A DNA stretch of 64,000 nt, taken from positions 251,787 through 315,786 of the forward strand of contig CAWFJJ010000005.1 in assembly GCA_963816185.1 (NCBI GenBank), in the 5' to 3' direction. The stretch comes from Thermoanaerobaculia bacterium. GTDB lineage: Bacteria > Acidobacteriota > Thermoanaerobaculia > UBA5066. Below, piece after piece: positions 40,169 through 49,606 of this stretch. Made by a program: the position numbers and the translations under genes. The notes under the pieces were generated by a model. It saw only the letters and a list, made by a program, of their open reading frames with translations, had not been told where the DNA came from and did no database searches. Positions within the stretch are counted from its first letter, which is position 1. Every line of letters begins with the position of its first letter.

Positions 40169-42088
40169 CTAGGGTGCCGCCGCCTCGAGCACGCGAAAGA
40201 CACGGAAACGCGGCTGGAAGCTTCCGTCGGCGCGCCGCGTGCCGGTCTTCGAGTCTAGGACCCTCTCGAGGAACGGCGCCGGGCGCGCCGCATCCGACTC
40301 GTGCACCCGCCGCGCGAACATCCTCTCGGTCGGCGTGGGCAGCCGGCCGGCCGCGGCCGCGTAGGCGGGAAGCAGCCGCGTGAGGTCGGTCGTGACGAGA
40401 TACCGGCACTTTGCGGCCGAGAGGATCGCGAGAGCTTCCGCGTCGTCCGTCGCCGTGAAGAGCCGGCACTGCCTGCGCCAGCCGTAGACGAATGGATCGG
40501 CCGCGGACGGGCGCTCGGCGATCGCCGTCACGAAGTGCCCGGCGGACCACGGCGGCATGACGCCCGGGATAGCGCCAGGGGCCGGCGGCGGCACGACCGA
40601 CGGATCCACCGGAGGCGGATCGAGCGCGCGAAGCCGCGCGAAGAGGTCGAGGACGTCATATCCCGGCCCATCTGCAAAGGTCATCGCCCGCGCGAGATAG
40701 GGGGCGCCCGGGACGACGACGAGGCACACGGCGAGAACCATCGGAAGGACGGTGCTCGCACGCCGAGGGAGCCGGCGAGGTGCGAGCCGCGCGAGGAGCT
40801 CGGCGAGCGCGAGCGCCGCGAAGATCGCCAGGTAATAGACGTTGCGCTGCTGAAAGAGGGTCATCGCGAACACGGCCGCCGCGAAGAAGGCGAGGAGGAG
40901 GCGCGTCGCGACCCGAGGCCGGAGCGGTCGCCGGAGCGCGGGTCCGAGCCACAGGAGCGCCGCGATCGGCACGAGAACGAAGCCGGGAGAGACCTCGCGG
41001 ACCGCGCGCTCGAATGTGCTCCACCCGCGCACCAGAGGCTGACATTCGGCGACGAGGCGCAGGAACTCGGGCGGATAGGAAAGGAAGCCTCCATCCGCGA
41101 AGTCGTCGACCCGCGCGCCCGCCCCGCCCTTGAAGACGTACGCGCCGCCATGAAAGACCGCCTCGAGAACACGCCGCGCGTTCGGCAGAGCGATTCCGAG
41201 GCCGAGAGCGGTGAGGAGCCCCCACAGCGCCCGCCGCCGGGCCGTTGACGCGCGCCAGGCCGCCGCCGCGAGAAGCGGCACCGTGGCGCCCGTGAGGAGC
41301 AAGGGCTGGAACCATCCGAAGGAGACGAACGAGAAGGGCACGGGATCCGCCGGAAGGGTTAGCGCTGCTCCGAGGGCGACGAGAGCCGTCGCCACGAGGC
41401 CCGATACCGCGGCGGCCTCGCCGAGAGCAATCGCGGCCCACAGGAACGCGAGGCCGGCCACGAACACGGCCCCCTGCCACGTGAGGACCGCCAGGGCGAT
41501 CGCGGCTCCAAAGGGGAGGGCGCGCGCGAACCGCGCGTCGCCGCGTGCCGTCGCGGCCCACGCGCCGGCCGCGAGAACCAGGAGCAGGTTCAAAGCCTCG
41601 GCCACGTGATGATCGAAATGACCGAAGCCGCCCCAGAGCACCGCTGCGGGGAGCGCGACATAGGCCGCGGTCGCGATCCGGGCGCGCCGCCGGCCGAACG
41701 CCCGCCGCGCCACGGCGAAGAGGGGCAGGATCTGGAGCGCGCCGAGGAGCGCGGGAAGAGTCGCCGCGACTTTCAGGACTTCCTCCGTCGTGGCGCGGCG
41801 ACCGAAAAGAGCGCGCGCGACGCCGCCCGCGACGAGGTCGAAGGCCGGAGGCCAGATGAAGACGCCGCCGTCCGGATGATTCAGGTACGGATCGCGATAC
41901 GGGACGCGAGGGAAGTTCCGCGCGACCGAGACGGTCCGCCGGAGGTGCCCGTAGCAGTCAGGCGAAAGGAGGCGCCAGCCGCGCGCCGTTGCTGCCGGGA
42001 ACGGAGCGAGCCGCAGCGCGAGAGACGCGAGGAACATGCACCACACGAACCGCCCGTCCCGCGAGAGGCCTCCGGAGCGCGCGCTCAC
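40169..42088 (-). CDS. STT3/AglB-like oligosaccharyltransferase
   Basis: 'PDCYGHLRR', 'DPYLNHPDG..FIWPP.FD', 'GHFDHHVAE', 'VAECQPL', 'PWSAGH' at the WWDYG position, 'RPSAADPF', 'EALAIL....RYLV'. Confidence 0.75.
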   Translation of the reverse strand: MSARSGGLSRDGRFVWCMFLASLALRLAPFPAATARGWRLLSPDCYGHLRRTVSVARNFPRVPYRDPYLNHPDGGVFIWPPAFDLVAGGVARALFGRRATTEEVLKVAATLPALLGALQILPLFAVARRAFGRRRARIATAAYVALPAAVLWGGFGHFDHHVAEALNLLLVLAAGAWAATARGDARFARALPFGAAIALAVLTWQGAVFVAGLAFLWAAIALGEAAAVSGLVATALVALGAALTLPADPVPFSFVSFGWFQPLLLTGATVPLLAAAAWRASTARRRALWGLLTALGLGIALPNARRVLEAVFHGGAYVFKGGAGARVDDFADGGFLSYPPEFLRLVAECQPLVRGWSTFERAVREVSPGFVLVPIAALLWLGPALRRPLRPRVATRLLLAFFAAAVFAMTLFQQRNVYYLAIFAALALAELLARLAPRRLPRRASTVLPMVLAVCLVVVPGAPYLARAMTFADGPGYDVLDLFARLRALDPPPVDPSVVPPPAPGAIPGVMPPWSAGHFVTAIAERPSAADPFVYGWRRQCRLFTATDDAEALAILSAAKCRYLVTTDLTRLLPAYAAAAGRLPTPTERMFARRVHESDAARPAPFLERVLDSKTGTRRADGSFQPRFRVFRVLEAAAP

Positions 42089-42136
42089 CCCGAAGAGCGT
42101 AACAGGCGTCCGTCTCCCTCCCCCTACAATCGCCGG

Positions 42137-43867
42137 ATGGTCGAGAGTCGCCCGGTGAGGTTCTGGGCCGCCGTCCTCTTTCTCGCCGCGGCGGGCTCGG
42201 CGCTCGTCTTCGACCACTCGCGCCTCGACAGTCCCACGATGGACGAGCCGTTCCACACGCTGGCCGCGGCGGAATACGCGATCGCAGGCACGTATTACGC
42301 AAACCTCGAGCACCCGCCGCTCGTGAAGCTCCTGTCGGGCTTCGCGATCCGGGCGGCCGGGGGGCGCGCGCCGAAGATGGAGGTCCCGTTCTCCATGGCT
42401 TCGGCCGAGCAGCCACGGCCTTTCAGCTTCAACTCGCCTCTGCGCCCGGAGAAGCTGTTCGCCGTCGCGCGGGCGCCGGTGACGGCGCTCTTCTTCCTTC
42501 TCGTCGTCGTCGCCGGCTGGGCCGTGCGGTCGTGGGCCGGCGATCTCGCCGGAATTCTCGCGGCTGCGCTGGTCGCCTTCGAGCCGAACCTCCTCGCGCA
42601 CGCGGGCGTTGTGCACACCGATCTCGCGGCTGCTCTCGGTTTCTTCGGAACGCTGGTCCTCGCCCTGCGCGCCCTCGAACGCCGATCGCTCGGCCGCTGG
42701 GCGGCCACGGGGGCCGCGCTCGGCGCGAGCCTCGCCGCGAAGTTCTCGTGCGTCCTCCTCGTCCCGATGGTCGCGCTCCTCGCGCTGACCGGGCTCTTCC
42801 GGGAGCGTCGCGCGGCCGCCCGCGAGGGCCGCCGTCCCGACCTGCTCGAGCTCAAGGGACTTCTTCTCGCGGGCGCGGCCTCCCTCGTGATGCTCCTCGG
42901 AAGCTACGCGATCGCCATGCGGCACATGAGCGGCGACGAAGCGGTCAAGGCGGTCCGTATTTTTCTCGCCTCGCGGCAGGCTCCGGAGGCAACCATCGAT
43001 CGGATGGTTGCGATCTCGCGGCTGTCCAAGGAGGCCGGCCACTATGCCGCGGGCCTCGCGGGGATCGCCGTCCAGAACCGGACGGGCGGCGGTGTGAACG
43101 ACTTGCGCGGGAAACTCTCCGTGGACGGATTCTGGGACTACTTCTTCGTCGCCTTCGCGGTGAAGAGCACGCTCGCCACGCTCGCGGTTCTGGGACTCGC
43201 ATGCATCGCGGGCGTCGCGCGAAGGGTCCGGCCCGATCTCGTCTTTCTCACCCTCGTCCTCCCGCCCGTTTATCTCTTCCTGACCGGCATGGCGACGTCG
43301 TACAACATCGGGATCCGCCACATGCTGCCGGTTTACCCGCTGCTCCTCTCGGCGGCCGTCCTCGTTCTCTTCCGGTCTCTCCCGATGCGTGCGGCCGCGG
43401 CGGTCGTCGCGACTTTGACCATCGTGCAGCTCGTCGAGACCCTGCGGGTCCATCCCCACGAGCTCTCGTTCTTCAATGCGGCCGCCGGCGGGCCCGCGAA
43501 CGGCGCGGCGTGGCTGAACGATTCGAATCTCGATTGGGGTCAGGACCTCGAGCGGCTCGCGCGGCAGCTCGAGGCGCGCGGAGAGGAAGCGAAGACGACA
43601 ATCGCGTATTTCGGCGGCGCGGACGTGACGTACTACGCCCCGAAAGCGACCGTGTTCATCCCCACCAAGACGCCGTTTCGCCCGGGTCTCTGGGCGGTCT
43701 CGTCATTCCTGATGTGCTGCGGGCCCGAGGCGATGGCTTTTCATGGTGATCCGGCCGCTGCGTACGGCTTCCAGCAGCTTCGCCGCGAGATTTCCACTCG
43801 CGGAACGCCCGTGGGACGCGTGGGATACTCGATCGTCCTGTACGACCTGAGAGAGAAGAGCCCATGA
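42137..43867 (+). CDS. GT39/PMT-like (GT-C) glycosyltransferase
   Basis: 'TMDEPFH', 'NLEHPPLVK', 'HTD', 'AKFS', 'IGIRH.LP', '[10 protein letters not shown]'. Confidence 0.85.
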   Translation: MVESRPVRFWAAVLFLAAAGSALVFDHSRLDSPTMDEPFHTLAAAEYAIAGTYYANLEHPPLVKLLSGFAIRAAGGRAPKMEVPFSMASAEQPRPFSFNSPLRPEKLFAVARAPVTALFFLLVVVAGWAVRSWAGDLAGILAAALVAFEPNLLAHAGVVHTDLAAALGFFGTLVLALRALERRSLGRWAATGAALGASLAAKFSCVLLVPMVALLALTGLFRERRAAAREGRRPDLLELKGLLLAGAASLVMLLGSYAIAMRHMSGDEAVKAVRIFLASRQAPEATIDRMVAISRLSKEAGHYAAGLAGIAVQNRTGGGVNDLRGKLSVDGFWDYFFVAFAVKSTLATLAVLGLACIAGVARRVRPDLVFLTLVLPPVYLFLTGMATSYNIGIRHMLPVYPLLLSAAVLVLFRSLPMRAAAAVVATLTIVQLVETLRVHPHELSFFNAAAGGPANGAAWLNDSNLDWGQDLERLARQLEARGEEAKTTIAYFGGADVTYYAPKATVFIPTKTPFRPGLWAVSSFLMCCGPEAMAFHGDPAAAYGFQQLRREISTRGTPVGRVGYSIVLYDLREKSP

Positions 43868-45267
43868 AGCTGTCGATCGTGATGCCGGCGTTCAACGAGC
43901 GCCGGACGATTCGCGAAATCCTCGCGCGCGTCCAGGCCGTAAAACTCGGAGACCTCGATCGCGAGATCGTGATCGTGGACGACGGCTCGCAGGACGGCAC
44001 GCGGGACATCCTCCGCGAGCTCGACGGCAAGGACGGAGTCCGCGTCCTCCTGCAGCCGCACAACATGGGGAAGGGAGCCGCAGTCTGGGCCGGCATGCGC
44101 GCCTCGACGGGCGATCTCGTCGTCATCCAGGACGCCGACCTCGAGTACGACCCGGAGGAATACCCGGTTCTGCTCGGGCCCATTCTCGCGGGGAAGGCCG
44201 ACATCGTGTACGGATCCCGCTTTCTCGGCAGCCCCCACGGACACCGCGTCCTCTATTTCTGGCACACCGTGGGCAACCGACTGCTCACGCTCATGTCGAA
44301 CGTCTTCACGGACCTGAACCTGTCCGACATGGAGACCTGCTACAAGCTCATGACGCGAGGTGTCGCGGATCGGCTGGATCTCAAGTCACAACGCTTCGGC
44401 ATCGAACCCGAGATCACGTGCAAGGTGTCGCGCATGCGCGCCCGGATTTACGAAGTCCCCATCTCGTACAGCGGGCGCACGTACGAGGAAGGCAAGAAGA
44501 TCGGCGCCAAGGACGCCTTCCAGGCGGTCTGGACGATCCTGAAGTACTTCCGGTGGGAGGCGCCCGACAGCGACGTCGGGGCGATCACGCTCCGGCGGAT
44601 GGGTGAGCTCTCGGTCTACAACCGCTGGCTTCACGACCGGGTCGAGTCCTGGCTCGGGTCGCGCATCCTCGAGGTCGGCTCGGGTGTCGGGAACCAGACG
44701 CGTTTTTTCGCGGACCGGGAGCGCATCATCGCGTCGGACATCGAGCCGCACTACGTGCGGGAACTCCGCACGCGGTTCGAGAAGCAGGGAAACATCCGCG
44801 TCGCCTCGTTCCGGTTTCCGCTGACCCGGGAAGACCGTGCCGACCTCGAGCAGGAGCGGATCGACTCGATCGTCTGCATGAACGTGCTCGAGCACATCGA
44901 GGATGACGCGGGAACGCTCGCAGACTTCTGCCGCGTCCTCCAGCCCGGAGGGCACCTCGCCCTCCTCGTGCCCGCGCTGCCCGCCCTCTACGGCTCGCTC
45001 GACGAGAATCTGCGCCACTACCGCCGGTACGACAAGGGGGCGCTCGCGACCCTCGTGGGGCGCGCGGGCTTCGCGGTGGAATCGGTGAGGTACCTGAACC
45101 GGCCCGGCGTCCTCGGCTGGTGGCTGAACTCGCGCGTTCTCAAGCGCCGCGTCCTTCCGAAACGCCAGCTGGGCGCCTTCAAATGGATCATGCCGCTGCT
45201 CAAGACAGAGGAGAAGACGGAGCCGTCGTTCGGGATGTCGCTCCTGGTCCTGGCGCGGAAGCCCTGA
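43864..45267 (+). CDS. GT2 glycosyltransferase fused to class I SAM methyltransferase
   Basis: N-terminal 'DDGS', 'QDADLEYDP', 'DMETCYK'; C-terminal 'LEVGSGVG', 'NVLEHI', 'HYRRY'. Confidence 0.9.
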   Translation: MKLSIVMPAFNERRTIREILARVQAVKLGDLDREIVIVDDGSQDGTRDILRELDGKDGVRVLLQPHNMGKGAAVWAGMRASTGDLVVIQDADLEYDPEEYPVLLGPILAGKADIVYGSRFLGSPHGHRVLYFWHTVGNRLLTLMSNVFTDLNLSDMETCYKLMTRGVADRLDLKSQRFGIEPEITCKVSRMRARIYEVPISYSGRTYEEGKKIGAKDAFQAVWTILKYFRWEAPDSDVGAITLRRMGELSVYNRWLHDRVESWLGSRILEVGSGVGNQTRFFADRERIIASDIEPHYVRELRTRFEKQGNIRVASFRFPLTREDRADLEQERIDSIVCMNVLEHIEDDAGTLADFCRVLQPGGHLALLVPALPALYGSLDENLRHYRRYDKGALATLVGRAGFAVESVRYLNRPGVLGWWLNSRVLKRRVLPKRQLGAFKWIMPLLKTEEKTEPSFGMSLLVLARKP

Positions 45268-45272
45268 ACGGC

Positions 45273-47504
45273 GTGAAGAAGGAGGCTCCAGGCCTGGCAC
45301 CGGTGCTCGCCGTCGTCTTCGGCGCCGCTGCGCTCCGTTTCGCGCCTTTCTTGGCCGGGGGCACCCTGTATCGGCGCGACGCCGGCTTCTTCTTCACCCC
45401 CTGGAGGCTCGTTCTTGCGAGATTCCTGCGGTCGGGCGAGGCGCCCTTCTGGAACGAATGGATGTCGGCGGGGCGAGCATTCGCGGCCGACCCGAATGCC
45501 GCCGTGTTCTGGCCTCTGTCGCCGCTTCTCGTCGTCTTGTCGCCGACCGCCCTCGCGTTCGCGAACGTTTTTCTCGCCCTCCTGGTCTTCTTCGTCGCGA
45601 TGAGGCGCCTCGGGCTCAACGCGGTCGCCTCAGGAGCGGGGACGGTCGTGCTTCTTTTTTCCGGTGTCTTCCAATCGCTGCCCGTGTACGCGACGACCTG
45701 CGCAGCCGCTCTTCCGCTCTCTCTCGCGCTCGTCGAGGCTCCGCGCCTGGCCTCGGGCGAATCGATCGTTCGACGCCGCGCCGGAGCGCTCGCGGCGCTG
45801 GCCTTCGGCCTGTCGGCGCTCGGCGGCGAGCCCGCCGTGACGCTCATGGGCGCGGCGGCCTTCATCGCCGTTGCGATCGGTGCGGGAGGATCGCGGCCTC
45901 GCGCGGCCGCCGTCGCGCTCTTCACGCTCGTTCTGGGTGTGGGGCTCGCGGCGATCCAGATTCTCCCGGCAGCCCTCGAGGTGGCGCGGTCCGCCCGAGG
46001 CGCCGGCATGAAACCAGAACATGGCGCTCTCTTCTGGTCTGTGCGCCCCGCGCGCGTCCTTACACTCCTCGAACCCCGGCTCACGGGAGATCCGGCCGGC
46101 GACGCGGCGTCGTTCTGGGGATCCGCCACGTTCGACGCGGGGAGCCCGTATTTCGAGGATCTTGCGCTCGGCCTCGTTCCTCTCCTGCTGGCGGCGGCCG
46201 CGTGGCGCGACCGCCGCGGGCGCGCCGCGCTGCTTCTCGCGCTCGCGGGAACCGTCCTGTCCTTCGGCCGGTTCCTCCCCGGGTATTCGTTCCTGGCGGC
46301 GGCCCTTCCGGTCATCCGGTACCCCGAGAAGTGGTGGCTGCTCGTGACCTTCGCGGTCGCGGCCGCGGCCGCGGTCGGGGTGGAGGCGGTCTTCTTCGAT
46401 GAAGCCGAGGTTCGGGCGCGGGCGCGAAGGATTTTGCTGAGGACTGCGGTCGGAATGGCTCTCGTCTGCGGCGCCTTTCTCGCTTTGGCGATCGGCGCTG
46501 AAGATTTTCTTAGAAAGGGTTTATGGGCGCTGGGGCTCGGCGCGGGCGAGGCTTCGACTGCAGCCATCGCTCTCTCTCTTCGATCTCCACTCATTCTAGG
46601 AACTCTTAGTCTTGCTTTCATCGCAGCATTCACGTGGTTCGTCGCGCGCAACCGGCCGCCCGCCGCCCCAGTCACCTTCGGAGAAAAACTGCGCAGCCCG
46701 CTGCTCCTCGCCGGCATTCTCAGCGCACTGTTCTTCGCCGACGCCGCCCGGCGCGTCGCGGGGACGTGCCCCGCAGGGCCGTCCGACCTCTACCGCCGCG
46801 TGACGCCTGCCGTGGCGCTCGTCGTGAAGGAGGCCGGGCACGGGCGTTTCTACGATGATGGCGCGGACGATGCTGCGACTGCGGCGCGACGGACGCGTGA
46901 GGCGGGCGGCCTCGACCCGCTCCGTCCAGACACGGGCGTGGCCTTCGGGATCCGGTACGCGGGGGAGAACGACGTGGACCGTATGACGGCGCCCGCCTCT
47001 GTGTTCTTCGCGCGTGAGATCGAGGGCCTCGCCTGGGGGGAGGAGAAGGTCGAACGCTTGCGCCGGCTCGGGGTGGCGGTCGTCCGGACGCCCGCGGCGC
47101 CGCCCGATCCGGCCGGTGTCGTCGAGGCCGGGCGCTTCGGCGGGGATCGGATCGTGCGCATCGAGGGGGTCCGCGAGGAGCTCGCGCTCCTCCCGACGGG
47201 AAGCGGACGCGTGACGGTGAAGACACGCGGCGCGAACCTCATACGTCTCGGGGTCCACGTCGCGCTGCCCGCCGCGGTCCTTTCCATCTCGCGGACGTTC
47301 GATCCGAGCTGGCGTGCCCTCCTCGACGGGAAAGAGCTCGCGCTCCGTCCCGCGGATGGATTCCTGACGGTCGCGGACGTGCCGACGGGAGACCACGAGA
47401 TCGTGCTTCGGTACGAGAATCCGGCCTTCGGAGCCGGGGCGACGCTGTCGCTTGCGTCCCTCCTGGCCGTCGCTCTTCTCGGCCGGCGGCCGAGGCGTTC
47501 ATGA
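45273..47504 (+). CDS. YfhO-like GT-C membrane protein
   Basis: 'YRRD', 'PFWN....G.AFAADPN', 'GGEP', 'RYPEK', 'PSWRA..DG', 'VP.G.HEI.LRY'. Confidence 0.8.
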   Translation: MKKEAPGLAPVLAVVFGAAALRFAPFLAGGTLYRRDAGFFFTPWRLVLARFLRSGEAPFWNEWMSAGRAFAADPNAAVFWPLSPLLVVLSPTALAFANVFLALLVFFVAMRRLGLNAVASGAGTVVLLFSGVFQSLPVYATTCAAALPLSLALVEAPRLASGESIVRRRAGALAALAFGLSALGGEPAVTLMGAAAFIAVAIGAGGSRPRAAAVALFTLVLGVGLAAIQILPAALEVARSARGAGMKPEHGALFWSVRPARVLTLLEPRLTGDPAGDAASFWGSATFDAGSPYFEDLALGLVPLLLAAAAWRDRRGRAALLLALAGTVLSFGRFLPGYSFLAAALPVIRYPEKWWLLVTFAVAAAAAVGVEAVFFDEAEVRARARRILLRTAVGMALVCGAFLALAIGAEDFLRKGLWALGLGAGEASTAAIALSLRSPLILGTLSLAFIAAFTWFVARNRPPAAPVTFGEKLRSPLLLAGILSALFFADAARRVAGTCPAGPSDLYRRVTPAVALVVKEAGHGRFYDDGADDAATAARRTREAGGLDPLRPDTGVAFGIRYAGENDVDRMTAPASVFFAREIEGLAWGEEKVERLRRLGVAVVRTPAAPPDPAGVVEAGRFGGDRIVRIEGVREELALLPTGSGRVTVKTRGANLIRLGVHVALPAAVLSISRTFDPSWRALLDGKELALRPADGFLTVADVPTGDHEIVLRYENPAFGAGATLSLASLLAVALLGRRPRRS
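46504..46687. repeat. motif cluster D (TTC-N3-GAA family sites)
   Basis: ATTTTCTTAGAAAGGG (46504), TTCTAGGAA (46594-46602), TTTTCTCCGAAGG on minus (46675-46687). Confidence 0.65.
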
Positions 47505-49606
47505 AAGACCGACTCCACGTTCACCTGCCGCTCTTCGGGGCGATCCTCCTCGCACTCCTGCCGTTCCGCGAGTTCCTGGGCTCCGGCGTCCCGGTGGGCC
47601 GCGACCTGCTTTTCTACTTCTTTCCATTGAAGGCCCACCTCGTCGAGGCGGTGACGCGCGGAGAGATGCCGTGGTTGGACCGTTATCGATGGGGCGGGTC
47701 GCCGCTGCTCGGTGCGCCTTCGGCGGCGCCTTTCGATCCGGCAAACGTTCTTTTCCTGGTCCTGCCCCTGGGTGCGGCGATGAAGGCATGGATCCTCCTC
47801 CACCTCGGTTTGGCCCTCGCGGGATTTGCCGCGTTTGCGCGGCGCCTCGGGCTTGACCGCGCGCCGGCGGCCGTCGCCGGCCTCGTTTTCGCGCTCGGCG
47901 GGACGACCGTGTCGCTCGCGGCGTTTCCGCCCACGCTGTCGGCCCTTTCGATCCTGCCATGGTTTGCGGCATTCGTCTTCGACCTGGTGAGGGCACCGGG
48001 ACGGCGGCCGACGGCGGCCGTCGCCGCGACGGCTGCCCTGATTCTGCTGGCGACGGCGCCCGAATTCGTGTTCTTCGCGTCTTGCGTCGCCGTCGCGGTC
48101 TTCATCTCTGCGCGCCGCAAAGACGGTACGTGGCTGCAGGAGGTACGCCCGCTGGCTCTCCTCGCTGCGAGCGCCCTTCTGGCCGCAGGACTCGGCGCCA
48201 TCTCGCTCGTGCCGGGGGCCGCCACGGCCGTGCGCAGTATCCGGTCGCCTGGGGGCGGCATGGGCCCCAGGACCGCGGCGGTGAAACCGCTCGTCCTGCC
48301 GCGACTTCCCGATCTTCTCGTCGACGGGGCCGTCGCGGACTGGACGGTCGTGGCAACCGCCCCGGGCGTTCCGGACTATCCGTATCTTCCCTCGTTGACG
48401 CCGGGCCGCGTCGCGTGGGCGCTCGTCCTCATCGGTGTCCTCCGAAAAGGTCCCGGACGGATCGCGGCCGCCGGTCTCGCGCTCCTCGGAATCCTCCTTG
48501 CGCTGGGCGACGCGACGCCGGTCCTCGGCCTCGCCGTGCGCACTTTCCCGCCGCTCGGTTGGATCCGCTATCCGGAAAGGCACATGGTCCTCGCGGGCTT
48601 CGGCTTCGCCTGGCTCGCCGCGCTCGGGCTCTCCCGGCTCGCCCTGACCATCTCGCCGCGCGCTCTGAGGATCGTCCTGCCGCTCCTCGCCCTCGCCGTG
48701 TTCCTCGACCGGGAAGAAATGGCTCGTCGCCTCTCGCCGGTCGAGGACGCGGCCGTGCTGGCGCAGCGACCAAGCCTCCTCGCCGCGCTGCCGGAGGTCG
48801 CCGAGGATGCGCCGCCGCCGCGTCTCTTCTTCAACGATGCGTACCGGCCGATTCCGATTTACGACACGCGCGACATCGGGGCCGCGAGCCGGGTCGGGCG
48901 CGAGACTCTTCTTCCCGCTTACGCGTCGCTCTTCGGGTTCTGCTATCAGTTCGAGGTCGACTACGACCTGTCGCTCTCGGCCGAGGCGTTCGAATGGACG
49001 CGGCTTCTGACGCGGGCGGTTCCGGAGAGGCCCTCTCTTGCTCTGCGGTTCATCCGGGGGGCCGGCGTGTCGGCGATCGTCAAGACCGAACGCGGAGCGG
49101 ACGGACGCTACCGGCCGCATCTCGTTCGAATCGGGAACGCGCTCCCCCCGTACCGGTTCGCGACGCACGTCGTCGCGTCCGCCGATGCGCGCTCGGTCTT
49201 CGCACAGCTTCTCGAGGACGGCTTTTCCGCCGACACGGCGTACGTCGACACCGCGCTGCCGGGCGTTCCCGCGTCTCCCGCTCCGGGCCGGATCCTCTCG
49301 GAGGCAGACCGCCCCTCGGGGCTTTTCCTCGACGTCGAGGTCGACGGCCCGGCTCCGGGTTTCCTCATGCTCTACCGACTGCGGGAGGCCGCCGAGGAAG
49401 CGACGCTCGACGGCCGTCCGGTCCCGGTTTCGCAAGTGGCGTTCGGGTTCGCGGGCCTTCCGGTGGCGCCGGGGCGCCATGCTTTGAGATTGCGGCCCGA
49501 TACCCGTTGGGTGAAGATCGGCACGTTGATCTCTGCCCTCACGGCGCTTACGCTCGCCGCCATCCTGCTCGTCCCGCGGCGCCGCGCCACGTCCGGGAGC
49601 GCATGA
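47501..49606 (+). CDS. YfhO-like GT-C membrane protein
   Basis: 'GRDLLFYFFP', 'MPWLD....G.PLL', 'RYPER', 'V.PGRH.L.L'. Confidence 0.78.
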   Translation: MKDRLHVHLPLFGAILLALLPFREFLGSGVPVGRDLLFYFFPLKAHLVEAVTRGEMPWLDRYRWGGSPLLGAPSAAPFDPANVLFLVLPLGAAMKAWILLHLGLALAGFAAFARRLGLDRAPAAVAGLVFALGGTTVSLAAFPPTLSALSILPWFAAFVFDLVRAPGRRPTAAVAATAALILLATAPEFVFFASCVAVAVFISARRKDGTWLQEVRPLALLAASALLAAGLGAISLVPGAATAVRSIRSPGGGMGPRTAAVKPLVLPRLPDLLVDGAVADWTVVATAPGVPDYPYLPSLTPGRVAWALVLIGVLRKGPGRIAAAGLALLGILLALGDATPVLGLAVRTFPPLGWIRYPERHMVLAGFGFAWLAALGLSRLALTISPRALRIVLPLLALAVFLDREEMARRLSPVEDAAVLAQRPSLLAALPEVAEDAPPPRLFFNDAYRPIPIYDTRDIGAASRVGRETLLPAYASLFGFCYQFEVDYDLSLSAEAFEWTRLLTRAVPERPSLALRFIRGAGVSAIVKTERGADGRYRPHLVRIGNALPPYRFATHVVASADARSVFAQLLEDGFSADTAYVDTALPGVPASPAPGRILSEADRPSGLFLDVEVDGPAPGFLMLYRLREAAEEATLDGRPVPVSQVAFGFAGLPVAPGRHALRLRPDTRWVKIGTLISALTALTLAAILLVPRRRATSGSA

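Noticed and set aside
25190-46700. Motif patches as copies of one MITE
   Set aside because: The interiors are not homologous to each other, no target duplications are visible, and in arnD the interior is conserved native coding sequence.
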